A DNA stretch of 64,000 bases from contig OZ249436.1 in NCBI GenBank assembly GCA_965235115.1, positions 24,616,001 to 24,680,000 of the forward strand, given 5' to 3'. Each line of letters begins with the position of its first letter. The stretch's first letter is position 1. This document shows, in pieces, positions 24,701 through 39,800 of the stretch. The translations under genes and the position numbers were made by a program. A model generated the notes under the pieces. It was not told the origin of the DNA. It saw only the letters and a program-made list of their open reading frames with translations, and ran no database searches. The stretch comes from Laetmonice hystrix. Taxonomy: Eukaryota.

Positions 24701-27700
24701 AAGTAACATTCATCCACGGTCTGGCCCAATAACGTGCAACAAGGCATAGTAAGTCAATGCGAGCTCGCATGTCAAACCTAACCCGCCCCCAAGCACATGA
24801 GCTGAAAATATTCAAATAGCTTGAAAACTAGAATATAGCTTTGCTTAATACCATTATACCATCAACTCGCATTACAGGCCTAATGCGAAGCTCCCAGCCT
24901 AAAACGAGTTTCCAATTAATTTAAAGTTAACAAGATGCACTAATAATCGATTCCAAGCCTAATTAGGCCATTGCTAGTTGGATAACCAAATCTCATACAA
25001 AATACACCCTCCCGGCAGATGACCTGAGAATATTCAACTCTTATGTCCGATATATCCCTGTCCGCTTAGTAGCACCCAGCCGGGCCCCCATTTTGACATT
25101 GCAACACCAATACAGCAAGTGCCCAGCTAACAGCACAAATAACAGGATTCAGGGCTTCCTACCACGTTACAAGTCACAATAGATTGCTGCCTGTCGTAAA
25201 AATATACCAGACCATTTTAAAAAGTCACAGAACCCCAATCCGGCCCTAATATGTCACTCCCAGTACCAATAGACGCTGGAAGCACCATCAACTGAAATTC
25301 AGGCCTAGAACCCACCTCTCTCTACCAATATCATGCACCTAGTCCGTATACGAGGTTGTAATTTCCTTTAATCAACGGGCTGCGCCGCAGCAACCCACTC
25401 TGGTCTTTGCAATCTTTTTCAATATGCGTTAACATTTGTGACCAGCTCAACGCGCCTTGTAAAATTTTTCAAAGTGCGTAAAAGTGTGTGTCCACCCCGA
25501 CACGCTTTCCAAACCACTATACCCACCGAGCGACATCCACTCAAATACAGGCTTCGACCGATCCTCACTGTGCCAATAATCCGCCACAAGGCAAATTCAG
25601 TCAATGCAAGCTGGAAAATCGAATGTCAAACCTAATGCTCCCCCCCCAGCACGTTAACTGAAAAAAATCAACTAGCTTGAAAACTAGAATATAGCTTTGT
25701 TTAGCTAACAATCTACTCTCCCAGCGCCATCAACTCGCATACAGGCGTAAAAGCAAACGCACTGCCCCATATAATGCTCCCAGCCTAAAACGATGTTGCA
25801 ATTAATTTAAAATTAACAAGATGCACTAGTAATCCGATCCAAGCCTAATTACGTCATTGCTAGTTTCATAACCAAATCTCACAGAAAATACCCCACCCGC
25901 GCACATAACCTGAAAATATTCAACTTTTATCTCCAATGTATCCCTGTGCACCTAGTAGCACCCAAGCGGGCCCAATTTTGACATTCCAACACAAATACCG
26001 CAAATACCCGCCTAATGGCACAAAAAACTTTCTACCCCGTTGCAAGTCACATTAGCTTGCTGCTTGTCGTAAAAAATGGTGCAGACCATTTCTAAAGTCA
26101 CAGTACCCCACTCCCGGCCTAATATTACGTTTCAGTATCCATATACGCTGCAAGCGGCAGGAACTCGAATACAGGCCTAAAAGTAACCCCAGTCTAGCAA
26201 TATCATACTCTCATGCCATATACGAGCTTGTAATTATCTTTAATTAATGGGCTCCGCAGCACCAACCCACTGCATTAACATTTGTTTAACAGCTTAACGC
26301 ACCTTGTAAAAAAATTTTCAAGTGCGTAAAAATGCGTGTCCACCTCCACATACTTTAAAAATCACTATACCCACCCAGCGACATTCACTCTAATACACGC
26401 CTAAGAGGAACTTCACTGTCCCATTTGATTCTCCAGCACGTATAGGATGTTTCAAGTAACATTTATCCACGGTCTGGCCCAATAACGTGCAACAAGGCAT
26501 AGTAAGTCAATGCGAGCTCGCATGTCAAACCTAACCCGCCCCCCAGCACATGAGCTGAAAATATTCAAATAGCTTGAAAACTAGAATATAGCTTTGCTTA
26601 ATACCATTATACCATCAACTCGCATTACAGGCCTAATGCGAAGCTCCCAGCCTAAAACGAGTTTCCAATTAATTTAAAGTTAACAAGATGCACTAATAAT
26701 CGATTCCAAGCCTAATTAGGCCATTGCTAGTTGGATAACCAAATCTCATACAAAATACACCCTCCCGGCAGATGACCTGAGAATATTCAACTCTTATGTC
26801 CGATATATCCCTGTCCGCTTAGTAGCACCCAGCCGGGCCCCCATTTTGACATTGCAACACCAATACAGCAAGTGCCCAGCTAACAGCACAAATAACAGGA
26901 TTCAGGGCTTCCTACCACGTTACAAGTCACAATAGATTGCTGCCTGTCGTAAAAATATACCAGACCATTTTAAAAAGTCACAGAACCCCAATCCGGCCCT
27001 AATATGTCACTCCCAGTACCAATACACGCTGGAAGCACCATCAACTGAAATTCAGGCCTAGAACCCACCTCTCTCTACCAATATCATGCACCTAGTCCGT
27101 ATACGAGGTTGTAATTTACTTTAATCAACGGGCTGCGCCGCAGCAACCCACTCTGGTCTTTGCAATCTTTTTCAATATGCGTTAACATTTGTAACCAGCT
27201 CAACGCGCCTTGTAAAATTTTTCAAAGTGCGTAAAAGTGTGTGTCCACCCCGACACGCTTTCCAAACCACTATACCCACCGAGCGACATCCACTCAAATA
27301 CAGGCTTCGACCGATCCTCACTGTGCCAATAATCCGCCACAAGGCAAATTCAGTCAATGCAAGCTGGAAAATCGAATGTCAAACCTAATGCTCCCCCCCC
27401 CCAGCACGTTAACTGAAAATAATCAACTAGCTTGAAAACTAGAATATAGCTTTGTTAAGCTAACAATCTACTCTCCCAGCGCCATCAACTCGCATACAGG
27501 CGTAAAAGCAAACGCACTGCCCCATATAATGCTTCCAGCCTAAAACGATGTTGCAATTAATTTAAAATTAACAAGATGCACTAGTAATCCGATCCAAGCC
27601 TAATTACGTCATTGCTAGTTTCATAACCAAATCTCACAGAAAATACCCCACCCGCGCACATAACCTGAAAATATTCAACTTTTATCTCCAATGTATCCCT

Positions 27701-30700
27701 GTGCACCTAGTAGCACCCAAGCGGGCCCAATTTTGACATTCCAACACAAATACCGCAAATACCCGCCTAATGGCACAAAAAACTTTCTACCCCGTTGCAA
27801 GTCACATTAGCTTGCTGCTTGTCGTAAAAAATGGTGCAGACCATTTCTAAAGTCACAGTACCCCACTCCCGGCCTAATATTACGTTTCAGTATCCATATA
27901 CGCTGCAAGCGGCAGGAACTCGAATACAGGCCTAAAAGTAACCCCAGTCTAGCAATATCATACTCTCATGCCATATACGAGCTTGTAATTATCTTTAATT
28001 AATGGGCTCCGCAGCACCAACCCACTGCATTAACATTTGTTTAACAGCTTAACGCACCTTGTAAAAAAATTTTCAAGTGCGTAAAAATGCGTGTCCACCT
28101 CCACATACTTTAAAAATCACTATACCCACCCAGCGACATTCACTCTAATACACGCCTAAGAGGAACTTCACTGTCCCATTTGATTCTCCAGCACGTATAG
28201 GATGTTTCAAGTAACATTTATCCACGGTCTGGCCCAATAACGTGCAACAAGGCATAGTAAGTCAATGCGACCTCGCATGTCAAACCTAACCCGCCCCCCA
28301 GCACATGAGCTGAAAATATTCAAATAGCTTGAAAACTAGAATATAGCTTTGCTTAATACCATTATACCATCAACTCGCATTACAGGCCTAATGCGAAGCT
28401 CCCAGCCTAAAACGAGTTTCCAATTAATTTAAAGTTAACAAGATGCACTAATAATCGATTCCAAGCCTAATTAGGCCATTGCTAGTTGGATAACCAAATC
28501 TCATACAAAATACACCCTCCCGGCAGATGACCTGAGAATATTCAACTCTTATGTCCGATATATCCCTGTCCGCTTAGTAGCACCCAGCCGGGCCCCCATT
28601 TTGACATTGCAACACCAATACAGCAAGTGCCCAGCTAACAGCACAAATAACAGGATTCAGGGCTTCCTACCACGTTACAAGTCACAATAGATTGCTGCCT
28701 GTCGTAAAAATATACCAGACCATTTTAAAAAGTCACAGAACCCCAATCCGGCCCTAATATGTCACTCCCAGTACCAATACACGCTGGAAGCACCATCAAC
28801 TGAAATTCAGGCCTAGAACCCACCTCTCTCTACCAATATCATGCACCTAGTCCGTATACGAGGTTGTAATTTACTTTAATCAACGGGCTGCGCCGCAGCA
28901 ACCCACTCTGGTCTTTGCAATCTTTTTCAATATGCGTTAACATTTGTAACCAGCTCAACGCGCCTTGTAAAATTTTTCAAAGTGCGTAAAAGTGTGTGTC
29001 CACCCCGACACGCTTTCCAAACCACTATACCCACCGAGCGACATCCACTCAAATACAGGCTTCGACCGATCCTCACTGTGCCAATAATCCGCCACAAGGC
29101 AAATTCAGTCAATGCAAGCTGGAAAATCGAATGTCAAACCTAATGCTCCCCCCCCCAGCACGTTAACTGAAAATAATCAACTAGCTTGAAAACTAGAATA
29201 TAGCTTTGTTAAGCTAACAATCTACTCTCCCAGCGCCATCAACTCGCATACAGGCGTAAAAGCAAACGCACTGCCCCATATAATGCTTCCAGCCTAAAAC
29301 GATGTTGCAATTAATTTAAAATTAACAAGATGCACTAGTAATCCGATCCAAGCCTAATTACGTCATTGCTAGTTTCATAACCAAATCTCACAGAAAATAC
29401 CCCACCCGCGCACATAACCTGAAAATATTCAACTTTTATCTCCAATGTATCCCTGTGCACCTAGTAGCACCCAAGCGGGCCCAATTTTGACATTCCAACA
29501 CAAATACCGCAAATACCCGCCTAATGGCACAAAAAACTTTCTACCCCGTTGCAAGTCACATTAGCTTGCTGCTTGTCGTAAAAAATGGTGCAGACCATTT
29601 CTAAAGTCACAGTACCCCACTCCCGGCCTAATATTACGTTTCAGTATCCATATACGCTGCAAGCGGCAGGAACTCGAATACAGGCCTAAAAGTAACCCCA
29701 GTCTAGCAATATCATACTCTCATGCCATATACGAGCTTGTAATTATCTTTAATTAATGGGCTCCGCAGCACCAACCCACTGCATTAACATTTGTTTAACA
29801 GCTTAACGCACCTTGTAAAAAATTTTCAAGTGCGTAAAAATGCGTGTCCACCTCCACATACTTTAAAAATCACTATACCCACCCAGCGACATTCACTCTA
29901 ATACACGCCTAAGAGGAACTTCACTGTCCCATTTGATTCTCCAGCACGTATAGGATGTTTCAAGTAACATTTATCCACGGTCTGGCCCAATAACGTGCAA
30001 CAAGGCATAGTAAGTCAATGCGACCTCGCATGTCAAACCTAACCCGCCCCCCAGCACATGAGCTGGAGATATTCAAATAGCTTGAAAACTAGAATATAGC
30101 TTTGCTTAATACCATTATACCATCAACTCGCATTACAGGCCTAATGCGAAGCTCCCAGCCTAAAACGAGTTTCCAATTAATTTAAAGTTAACAAGATGCA
30201 CTAATAATCGATTCCAAGCCTAATTAGGCCATTGCTAGTTGGATAACCAAATCTCATACAAAATACACCCTCCCGGCAGATGACCTGAGAATATTCAACT
30301 CTTATGTCCGATATATCCCTGTCCGCTTAGTAGCACCCAGCCGGGCCCCCATTTTGACATTGCAACACCAATACAGCAAGTGCCCAGCTAACAGCACAAA
30401 TAACAGGATTCAGGGCTTCCTACCACGTTACAAGTCACAATAGATTGCTGCCTGTCGTAAAAATATACCAGACCATTTTAAAAAGTCACAGAACCCCAAT
30501 CCGGCCCTAATATGTCACTCCCAGTACCAATAGACGCTGGAAGCACCATCAACTGAAATTCAGGCCTAGAACCCACCTCTCTCTACCAATATCATGCACC
30601 TAGTCCGTATACGAGGTTGTAATTTACTTTAATCAACGGGCTGCGCCGCAGCAACCCACTCTGGTCTTTGCAATCTTTTTCAATATGCGTTAACATTTGT

Positions 30701-33700
30701 GACCAGCTCAACGCGCCTTGTAAAATTTTTCAAAGTGCGTAAAAGTGTGTGTCCACCCCGACACGCTTTCCAAACCACTATACCCACCGAGCGACATCCA
30801 CTCAAATACAGGCTTCGACCGATCCTCACTGTGCCAATAATCCGCCACAAGGCAAATTCAGTCAATGCAAGCTGGAAAATCGAATGTCAAACCTAATGCT
30901 CCCCCCCCCAGCACGTTAACTGAAAATAATCAACTAGCTTGAAAACTAGAATATAGCTTTGTTAAGCTAACAATCTACTCTCCCAGCGCCATCAACTCGC
31001 ATACAGGCGTAAAAGCAAACGCACTGCCCCATATAATGCTCCCAGCCTAAAACGATGTTGCAATTAATTTAAAATTAACAAGATGCACTAGTAATCCGAT
31101 CCAAGCCTAATTACGTCATTGCTAGTTTCATAACCAAATCTCACAGAAAATACCCCACCCGCGCACATAACCTGAAAATATTCAACTTTTATCTCCAATG
31201 TATCCCTGTGCACCTAGTAGCACCCAAGCGGGCCCAATTTTGACATTCCAACACAAATACCGCAAATACCCGCCTAATGGCACAAAAAACTTTCTACCCC
31301 GTTGCAAGTCACATTAGCTTGCTGCTTGTCGTAAAAAATGGTGCAGACCATTTCTAAAGTCACAGTACCCCACTCCCGGCCTAATATTACGTTTCAGTAT
31401 CCATATACGCTGCAAGCGGCAGGAACTCGAATACAGGCCTAAAAGTAACCCCAGTCTAGCAATATCATACTCTCATGCCATATACGAGCTTGTAATTATC
31501 TTTAATTAATGGGCTCCGCAGCACCAACCCACTGCATTAACATTTGTTTAACAGCTTAACGCACCTTGTAAAAAATTTTCAAGTGCGTAAAAATGCGTGT
31601 CCACCTCCACATACTTTAAACATCACTATACCCACCCAGCGACATTCACTCTAATACACGCCTAAGAGGAACTTCACTGTCCCATTTGATTCTCCAGCAC
31701 GTATAGGATGTTTCAAGTAACATTTATCCACGGTCTGGCCCAATAACGTGCAACAAGGCATAGTAAGTCAATGCGACCTCGCATGTCAAACCTAACCCGC
31801 CCCCCAGCACATGAGCTGGAGATATTCAAATAGCTTGAAAACTAGAATATAGCTTTGCTTAATACCATTATACCATCAACTCGCATTACAGGCCTAATGC
31901 GAAGCTCCCAGCCTAAAACGAGTTTCCAATTAATTTAAAGTTAACAAGATGCACTAATAATCGATTCCAAGCCTAATTAGGCCATTGCTAGTTGGATAAC
32001 CAAATCTCATACAAAATACACCCTCCCGGCAGATGACCTGAGAATATTCAACTCTTATGTCCGATATATCCCTGTCCGCTTAGTAGCACCCAGCCGGGCC
32101 CCCATTTTGACATTGCAACACCAATACAGCAAGTGCCCAGCTAACAGCACAAATAACAGGATTCAGGGCTTCCTACCACGTTACAAGTCACAATAGATTG
32201 CTGCCTGTCGTAAAAATATACCAGACCATTTTAAAAAGTCACAGAACCCCAATCCGGCCCTAATATGTCACTCCCAGTACCAATAGACGCTGGAAGCACC
32301 ATCAACTGAAATTCAGGCCTAGAACCCACCTCTCTCTACCAATATCATGCACCTAGTCCGTATACGAGGTTGTAATTTACTTTAATCAACGGGCTGCGCC
32401 GCAGCAACCCACTCTGGTCTTTGCAATCTTTTTCAATATGCGTTAACATTTGTGACCAGCTCAACGCGCCTTGTAAAATTTTTCAAAGTGCGTAAAAGTG
32501 TGTGTCCACCCCGACACGCTTTCCAAACCACTATACCCACCGAGCGACATCCACTCAAATACAGGCTTCGACCGATCCTCACTGTGCCAATAATCCGCCA
32601 CAAGGCAAATTCAGTCAATGCAAGCTGGAAAATCGAATGTCAAACCTAATGCTCCCCCCCCCCCAGCACGTTAACTGAAAATAATCAACTAGCTTGAAAA
32701 CTAGAATATAGCTTTGTTAAGCTAACAATCTACTCTCCCAGCGCCATCAACTCGCATACAGGCGTAAAAGCAAACGCACTGCCCCATATAATGCTCCCAG
32801 CCTAAAACGATGTTGCAATTAATTTAAAATTAACAAGATGCACTAGTAATCCGATCCAAGCCTAATTACGTCATTGCTAGTTTCATAACCAAATCTCACA
32901 GAAAATACCCCACCCGCGCACATAACCTGAAAATATTCAACTTTTATCTCCAATGTATCCCTGTGCACCTAGTAGCACCCAAGCGGGCCCAATTTTGACA
33001 TTCCAACACAAATACCGCAAATACCCGCCTAATGGCACAAAAAACTTTCTACCCCGTTGCAAGTCACATTAGCTTGCTGCTTGTCGTAAAAAATGGTGCA
33101 GACCATTTCTAAAGTCACAGTACCCCACTCCCGGCCTAATATTACGTTTCAGTATCCAAATACGCTGCAAGCGGCAAGAACTCGAATACAGGCCTAAAAG
33201 TAACCCCAGTCTAGCAATATCATACTCTCATGCCATATACGAGCTTGTAATTATCTTTAATTAATGGGCTCCGCAGCACCAACCCACTGCATTAACATTT
33301 GTTTAACAGCTTAACGCACCTTGTAAAAAATTTTCAAGTGCGTAAAAATGCGTGTCCACCTCCACATACTTTAAAAATCACTATACCCACCCAGCGACAT
33401 TCACTCTAATACACGCCTAAGAGGAACTTCACTGTCCCATTTGATTCTCCAGCACGTATAGGATGTTTCAAGTAACATTCATCCACGGTCTGGCCCAATA
33501 ACGTGCAACAAGGCATAGTAAGTCAATGCGAGCTCGCATGTCAAACCTAACCCGCCCCCAAGCACATGAGCTGAAAATATTCAAATAGCTTGAAAACCAG
33601 AATATAGCTTTGCTTAATACCATTATACCATCAACTCGCATTACAGGCCTAATGCGAAGCTCCCAGCCTAAAACGAGTTTCCAATTAATTTAAAGTTAAC

Positions 33701-36700
33701 AAGATGCACTAATAATCGATTCCAAGCCTAATTAGGCCATTGCTAGTTGGATAACCAAATCTCATACAAAATACACCCTCCCGGCAGATGACCTGAGAAT
33801 ATTCAACTCTTATGTCCGATATATCCCTGTCCGCTTTGTAGCACCCAGCCGGGCCCCCATTTTGACATTGCAACACCAATACAGCAAGTGCCCAGCTAAC
33901 AGCACAAATAACAGGATTCAGGGCTTCCTACCACGTTACAAGTCACAATAGATTGCTGCCTGTCGTAAAAATATACCAGACCATTTTAAAAAGTCACAGA
34001 ACCCCAATCCGGCCCTAATATGTCACTCCCAGTACCAATACACTCTGGAAGCACCATCAACTGAAATTCAGGCCTAGAACCCACCTCTCTCTACCAATAT
34101 CATGCACCTAGTCCGTATACGAGGTTGTAATTTACTTTAATCAACGGGCTGCGCCGCAGCAACCCACTCTGGTCTTTGCAATCTTTTTCAATATGCGTTA
34201 ACATTTGTAACCAGCTCAACGCGCCTTGTAAAATTTTTCAAAGTGCGTAAAAGTGTGTGTCCACCCCGACACGCTTTCCAAACCACTATACCCACCGAGC
34301 GACATCCACTCAAATACAGGCTTCGACCGATCCTCACTGTGCCAATAATCCGCCACAAGGCAAATTCAGTCAATGCAAGCTGGAAAATCGAATGTCAAAC
34401 CTAATACTCCCCCCCCAGCACGTTAACTGAAAATAATCAACTAGCTTGAAAACTAGAATATAGCTTTGTTTAGCTAACAATCTACTCTCCCAGCGCCATC
34501 AACTCGCATACAGGCGTAAAAGCAAACGCACTGCCCCATATAATGCTCCCAGCCTAAAACGATGTTGCAATTAATTTAAAATTAACAAGATGCACTAGTA
34601 ATCCGATCCAAGCTTAATTACGTCATTGCTAGTTTCATAACCAAATCTCACAGAAAATACCCCACCCGGGCACATAACCTGAAAATATTCAACTTTTATC
34701 TCCAATGTATCCCTGTGCACCTAGTAGCACCCAAGCGGGCCCAATTTTGACATCCCAACACAAATACCGCAAATACCCGCCTAATGGCACAAAAAACTTT
34801 CTACCCCGTTGCAAGTCACATTAGCGTGCTGCTTGTCGTAAAAAATGGTGCAGACCATTTCTAAAGTCACAGTACCCCACTCCCGGCCTAATATTACGTT
34901 TCAGTATCCATATACGCTGCAAGCGGCAGGAACTCGAATACAGGCCTAAAAGTAACCTCAGTCTAGCAATATCATACTCCCATGCCATATACGAGCTTGT
35001 AATTATCTTTAATTAATGGGCTCCGCAGCACCAACCCACTGCATTAACATTTGTTTAACAGCTTAACACACCTTGTAAAATTTTTTCAAGTGCGTAAAAA
35101 TGCGTGTCCACCTCCACATACTTTAAAAATCACTATACCCACCCAGCGACATCCACTCTAATACACGCCTAAAAGGAACTTCACTGTCCCATTTGATTCT
35201 CCAGCACGTATAGGATGTTTCAAGTAACATTCATCCACGGTCTGGCCCAATAACGTGCAACAAGGCATAGTAAGTCAATGCGAGCTCGCATGTCAAACCT
35301 AACCCGCCCCCAAGCACATGAGCTGAAAATATTCAAATAGCTTGAAAACTAGAATATAGCTTTGCTTAATACCATTATACCATCAACTCGCATTACAGGC
35401 CTAATGCGAAGCTCCCAGCCTAAAACGAGTTTCCAATTAATTTAAAGTTAACAAGATGCACTAATAATCGATTCCAAGCCTAATTAGGCCATTGCTAGTT
35501 GGATAACCAAATCTCATACAAAATACACCCTCCCGGCAGATGACCTGAGAATATTCAACTCTTATGTCCGATATATCCCTGTCCGCTTAGTAGCACCCAG
35601 CCGGGCCCCCATTTTGACATTGCAACACCAATACAGCAAGTGCCCAGCTAACAGCACAAATAACAGGATTCAGGGCTTCCTACCACGTTACAAGTCACAA
35701 TAGATTGCTGCCTGTCGTAAAATTATACCAGACCATTTTAAAAAGTCACAGAACCCCAATCCGGCCCTAATATGTCACTCCCAGTACCAATAGACGCTGG
35801 AAGCACCATCAACTGAAATTCAGGCCTAGAACCCACCTCTCTCTACCAATATCATGCACCTAGTCCGTATACGAGGTTGTAATTTCCTTTAATCAACGGG
35901 CTGCGCCGCAGCAACCCACTCTGGTCTTTGCAATCTTTTTCAATATGCGTTAACATTTGTGACCAGCTCAACGCGCCTTGTAAAATTTTTCAAAGTGCGT
36001 AAAAGTCTGTGTCCACCCCGACACGCTTTCCAAACCACTATACCCACCGAGCGACATCCACTCAAATACAGGCTTCGACCGATCCTCACTGTGCCAATAA
36101 TCCGCCACAAGGCAAATTCAGTCAATGCAAGCTGGAAAATCGAATGTCAAACCTAATGCTCCCCCCCCAGCACGTTAACTGAAAATAATCAACTAGCTTG
36201 AAAACTAGAATATAGCTTTGTTTAGCTAACAATCTACTCTCCCAGCGCCATCAACTCGCATACAGGCGTAAAAGCAAACGCACTGCCCCATATAATGCTC
36301 CCAGCCTAAAACGATGTTGCAATTAATTTAAAATTAACAAGATGCACTAGTAATCCGATCCAAGCTTAATTACGTCATTGCTAGTTTCATAACCAAATCT
36401 CACAGAAAATACCCCACCCGGGCACATAACCTGAAAATATTCAACTTTTATCTCCAATGTATCCCTGTGCACCTAGTAGCACCCAAGCGGGCCCAATTTT
36501 GACATCCCAACACAAATACCGCAAATACCCGCCTAATGGCACAAAAAACTTTCTACCCCGTTGCAAGTCACATTAGCGTGCTGCTTGTCGTAAAAAATGG
36601 TGCAGACCATTTCTAAAGTCACAGTACCCCACTCCCGGCCTAATATTACGTTTCAGTATCCATATACGCTGCAAGCGGCAGGAACTCGAATACAGGCCTA

Positions 36701-36827
36701 AAAGTAACCCCAGTCTAGCAATATCATACTCTCATGCCATATACGAGCTTGTAATTATCTTTAATTAATGGGCTCCGCAGCACCAACCCACTGCATTAAC
36801 ATTTGTTTAACAGCTTAACGCACCTTG
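15783..36827 (+). repeat. 6-unit (~10.52 kb) tandem segmental duplication inside the array: units 10-15 duplicated as units 16-21 (boundaries approximate)
   Basis: Three rare variants are each seen exactly twice at an offset of 10,522-10,523 bp: 21098/31621 (AAACAT), 22637/33159 (TCCAAA) and 23076/33598 (AAAACCAG). The order of unit haplotypes is the same in both blocks. Confidence 0.88.
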
Positions 36828-39800
36828 TAAAAAATTTTCAAGTGCGTAAAAATGCGTGTCCACCTCCACATACTTTAAAAATCACTATACCCACCCAGCG
36901 ACATTCACTCTAATACACGCCTAAGAGGAACTTCACTGTCCCATTTGATTCTCCAGCACGTATAGGATGTTTCAAGTAACATTTATCCACGGTCTGGCCC
37001 AATAACGTGCAACAAGGCATAGTAAGTCAATGCGACCTCGCATGTCAAACCTAACCCGCCCCCCAGCACATGAGCTGGAGATATTCAAATAGCTTGAAAA
37101 CTAGAATATAGCTTTGCTTAATACCATTATACCATCAACTCGCATTACAGGCCTAATGCGAAGCTCCCAGCCTAAAACGAGTTTCCAATTAATTTAAAGT
37201 TAACAAGATGCACTAATAATCGATTCCAAGCCTAATTAGGCCATTGCTAGTTGGATAACCAAATCTCATACAAAATACACCCTCCCGGCAGATGACCTGA
37301 GAATATTCAACTCTTATGTCCGATATATCCCTGTCCGCTTTGTAGCACCCAGCCGGGCCCCCATTTTGACATTGCAACACCAATACAGCAAGTGCCCAGC
37401 TAACAGCACAAATAACAGGATTCAGGGCTTCCTACCACGTTACAAGTCACAATAGATTGCTGCCTGTCGTAAAAATATACCAGACCATTTTAAAAAGTCA
37501 CAGAACCCCAATCCGGCCCTAATATGTCACTCCCAGTACCAATACACTCTGGAAGCACCATCAACTGAAATTCAGGCCTAGAACCCACCTCTCTCTACCA
37601 ATATCATGCACCTAGTCCGTATACGAGGTTGTAATTTACTTTAATCAACGGGCTGCGCCGCAGCAACCCACTCTGGTCTTTGCAATCTTTTTCAATATGC
37701 GTTAACATTTGTAACCAGCTCAACGCGCCTTGTAAAATTTTTCAAAGTGCGTAAAAGTGTGTGTCCACCCCGACACGCTTTCCAAACCACTATACCCACC
37801 GAGCTACATCCACTCAAATACAGGCTTCGACCGATCCTCACTGTGCCAATAATCCGCCACAAGGCAAATTCAGTCAATGCAAGCTGGAAAATCGAATGTC
37901 AAACCTAATACTCCCCCCCCCCCAGCACGTTAACTGAAAATAATCAACTAGCTTGAAAACTAGAATATAGCTTTGTTTAGCTAACAATCTACTCTCCCAG
38001 CGCCATCAACTCGCATACAGGCGTAAAAGCAAACGCACTGCCCCATATAATGCTCCCAGCCTAAAACGATGTTGCAATTAATTTAAAATTAACAAGATGC
38101 ACTAGTAATCCGATCCAAGCTTAATTACGTCATTGCTAGTTTCATAACCAAATCTCACAGAAAATACCCCACCCGGGCACATAACCTGAAAATATTCAAC
38201 TTTTATCTCCAATGTATCCCTGTGCACCTAGTAGCACCCAAGCGGGCCCAATTTTGACATCCCAACACAAATACCGCAAATACCCGCCTAATGGCACAAA
38301 AAACTTTCTACCCCGTTGCAAGTCACATTAGCGTGCTGCTTGTCGTAAAAAATGGTGCAGACCATTTCTAAAGTCACAGTAACCCACTCCCGGCCTAATA
38401 TTACGTTTCAGTATCCATATACGCTGCAAGCGGCAGGAACTCGAATACAGGCCTAAAAGTAACCTCAGTCTAGCAATATCATACTCCCATGCCATAAACG
38501 AGCTTGTAATTATCTTTAATTAATGGGCTCCGCAGCACCAACCCACTGCATTAACATTTGTTTAACAGCTTAACACACCTTGTAAAATTTTTTCAAGTGC
38601 GTAAAAATGCGTGTCCACCTCCACATACTTTAAAAATCACTATACCCACCCAGCGACATCCACTCTAATACACGCCTAAAAGGAACTTCACTGTCCCATT
38701 TGATTCTCCAGCACGTATAGGATGTTTCAAGTAACATTCATCCACGGTCTGGCCCAATAACGTGCAACAAGGCATAGTAAGTCAATGCGAGCTCGCATGT
38801 CAAACCTAACCCGCCCCCAAGCACATGAGCTGAAAATATTCAAATAGCTTGAAAACTAGAATATAGCTTTGCTTAATACCATTATACCATCAACTCGCAT
38901 TACAGGCCTAATGCGAAGCTCCCAGCCTAAAACGAGTTTCCAATTAATTTAAAGTTAACAAGATGCACTAATAATCGATTCCAAGCCTAATTAGGCCATT
39001 GCTAGTTGGATAACCAAATCTCATACAAAATACACCCTCCCGGCAGATGACCTGAGAATATTCAACTCTTATGTCCGATATATCCCTGTCCGCTTAGTAG
39101 CACCCAGCCGGGCCCCCATTTTGACATTGCAACACCAATACAGCAAGTGCCCAGCTAACAGCACAAATAACAGGATTCAGGGCTTCCTACCACGTTACAA
39201 GTCACAATAGATTGCTGCCTGTCGTAAAAATATACCAGACCATTTTAAAAAGTCACAGAACCCCAATCCGGCCCTAATATGTCACTCCCAGTACCAATAG
39301 ACGCTGGAAGCACCATCAACTGAAATTCAGGCCTAGAACCCACCTCTCTCTACCAATATCATGCACCTAGTCCGTATACGAGGTTGTAATTTCCTTTAAT
39401 CAACGGGCTGCGCCGCAGCAACCCACTCTGGTCTTTGCAATCTTTTTCAATATGCGTTAACATTTGTGACCAGCTCAACGCGCCTTGTAAAATTTTTCAA
39501 AGTGCGTAAAAGTGTGTGTCCACCCCGACACGCTTTCCAAACCACTATACCCACCGAGCGACATCCACTCAAATACAGGCTTCGACCGATCCTCACTGTG
39601 CCAATAATCCGCCACAAGGCAAATTCCGTCAATGCAAGCTGGAAAATCGAATGTCAAACCTAATGCTCCCCCCCCAGCACGTTAACTGAAAAAAATCAAC
39701 TAGCTTGAAAACTAGAATATAGCTTTGTTTAGCTAACAATCTACTCTCCCAGCGCCATCAACTCGCATACAGGCGTAAAAGCAAACGCACTGCCCCATAT

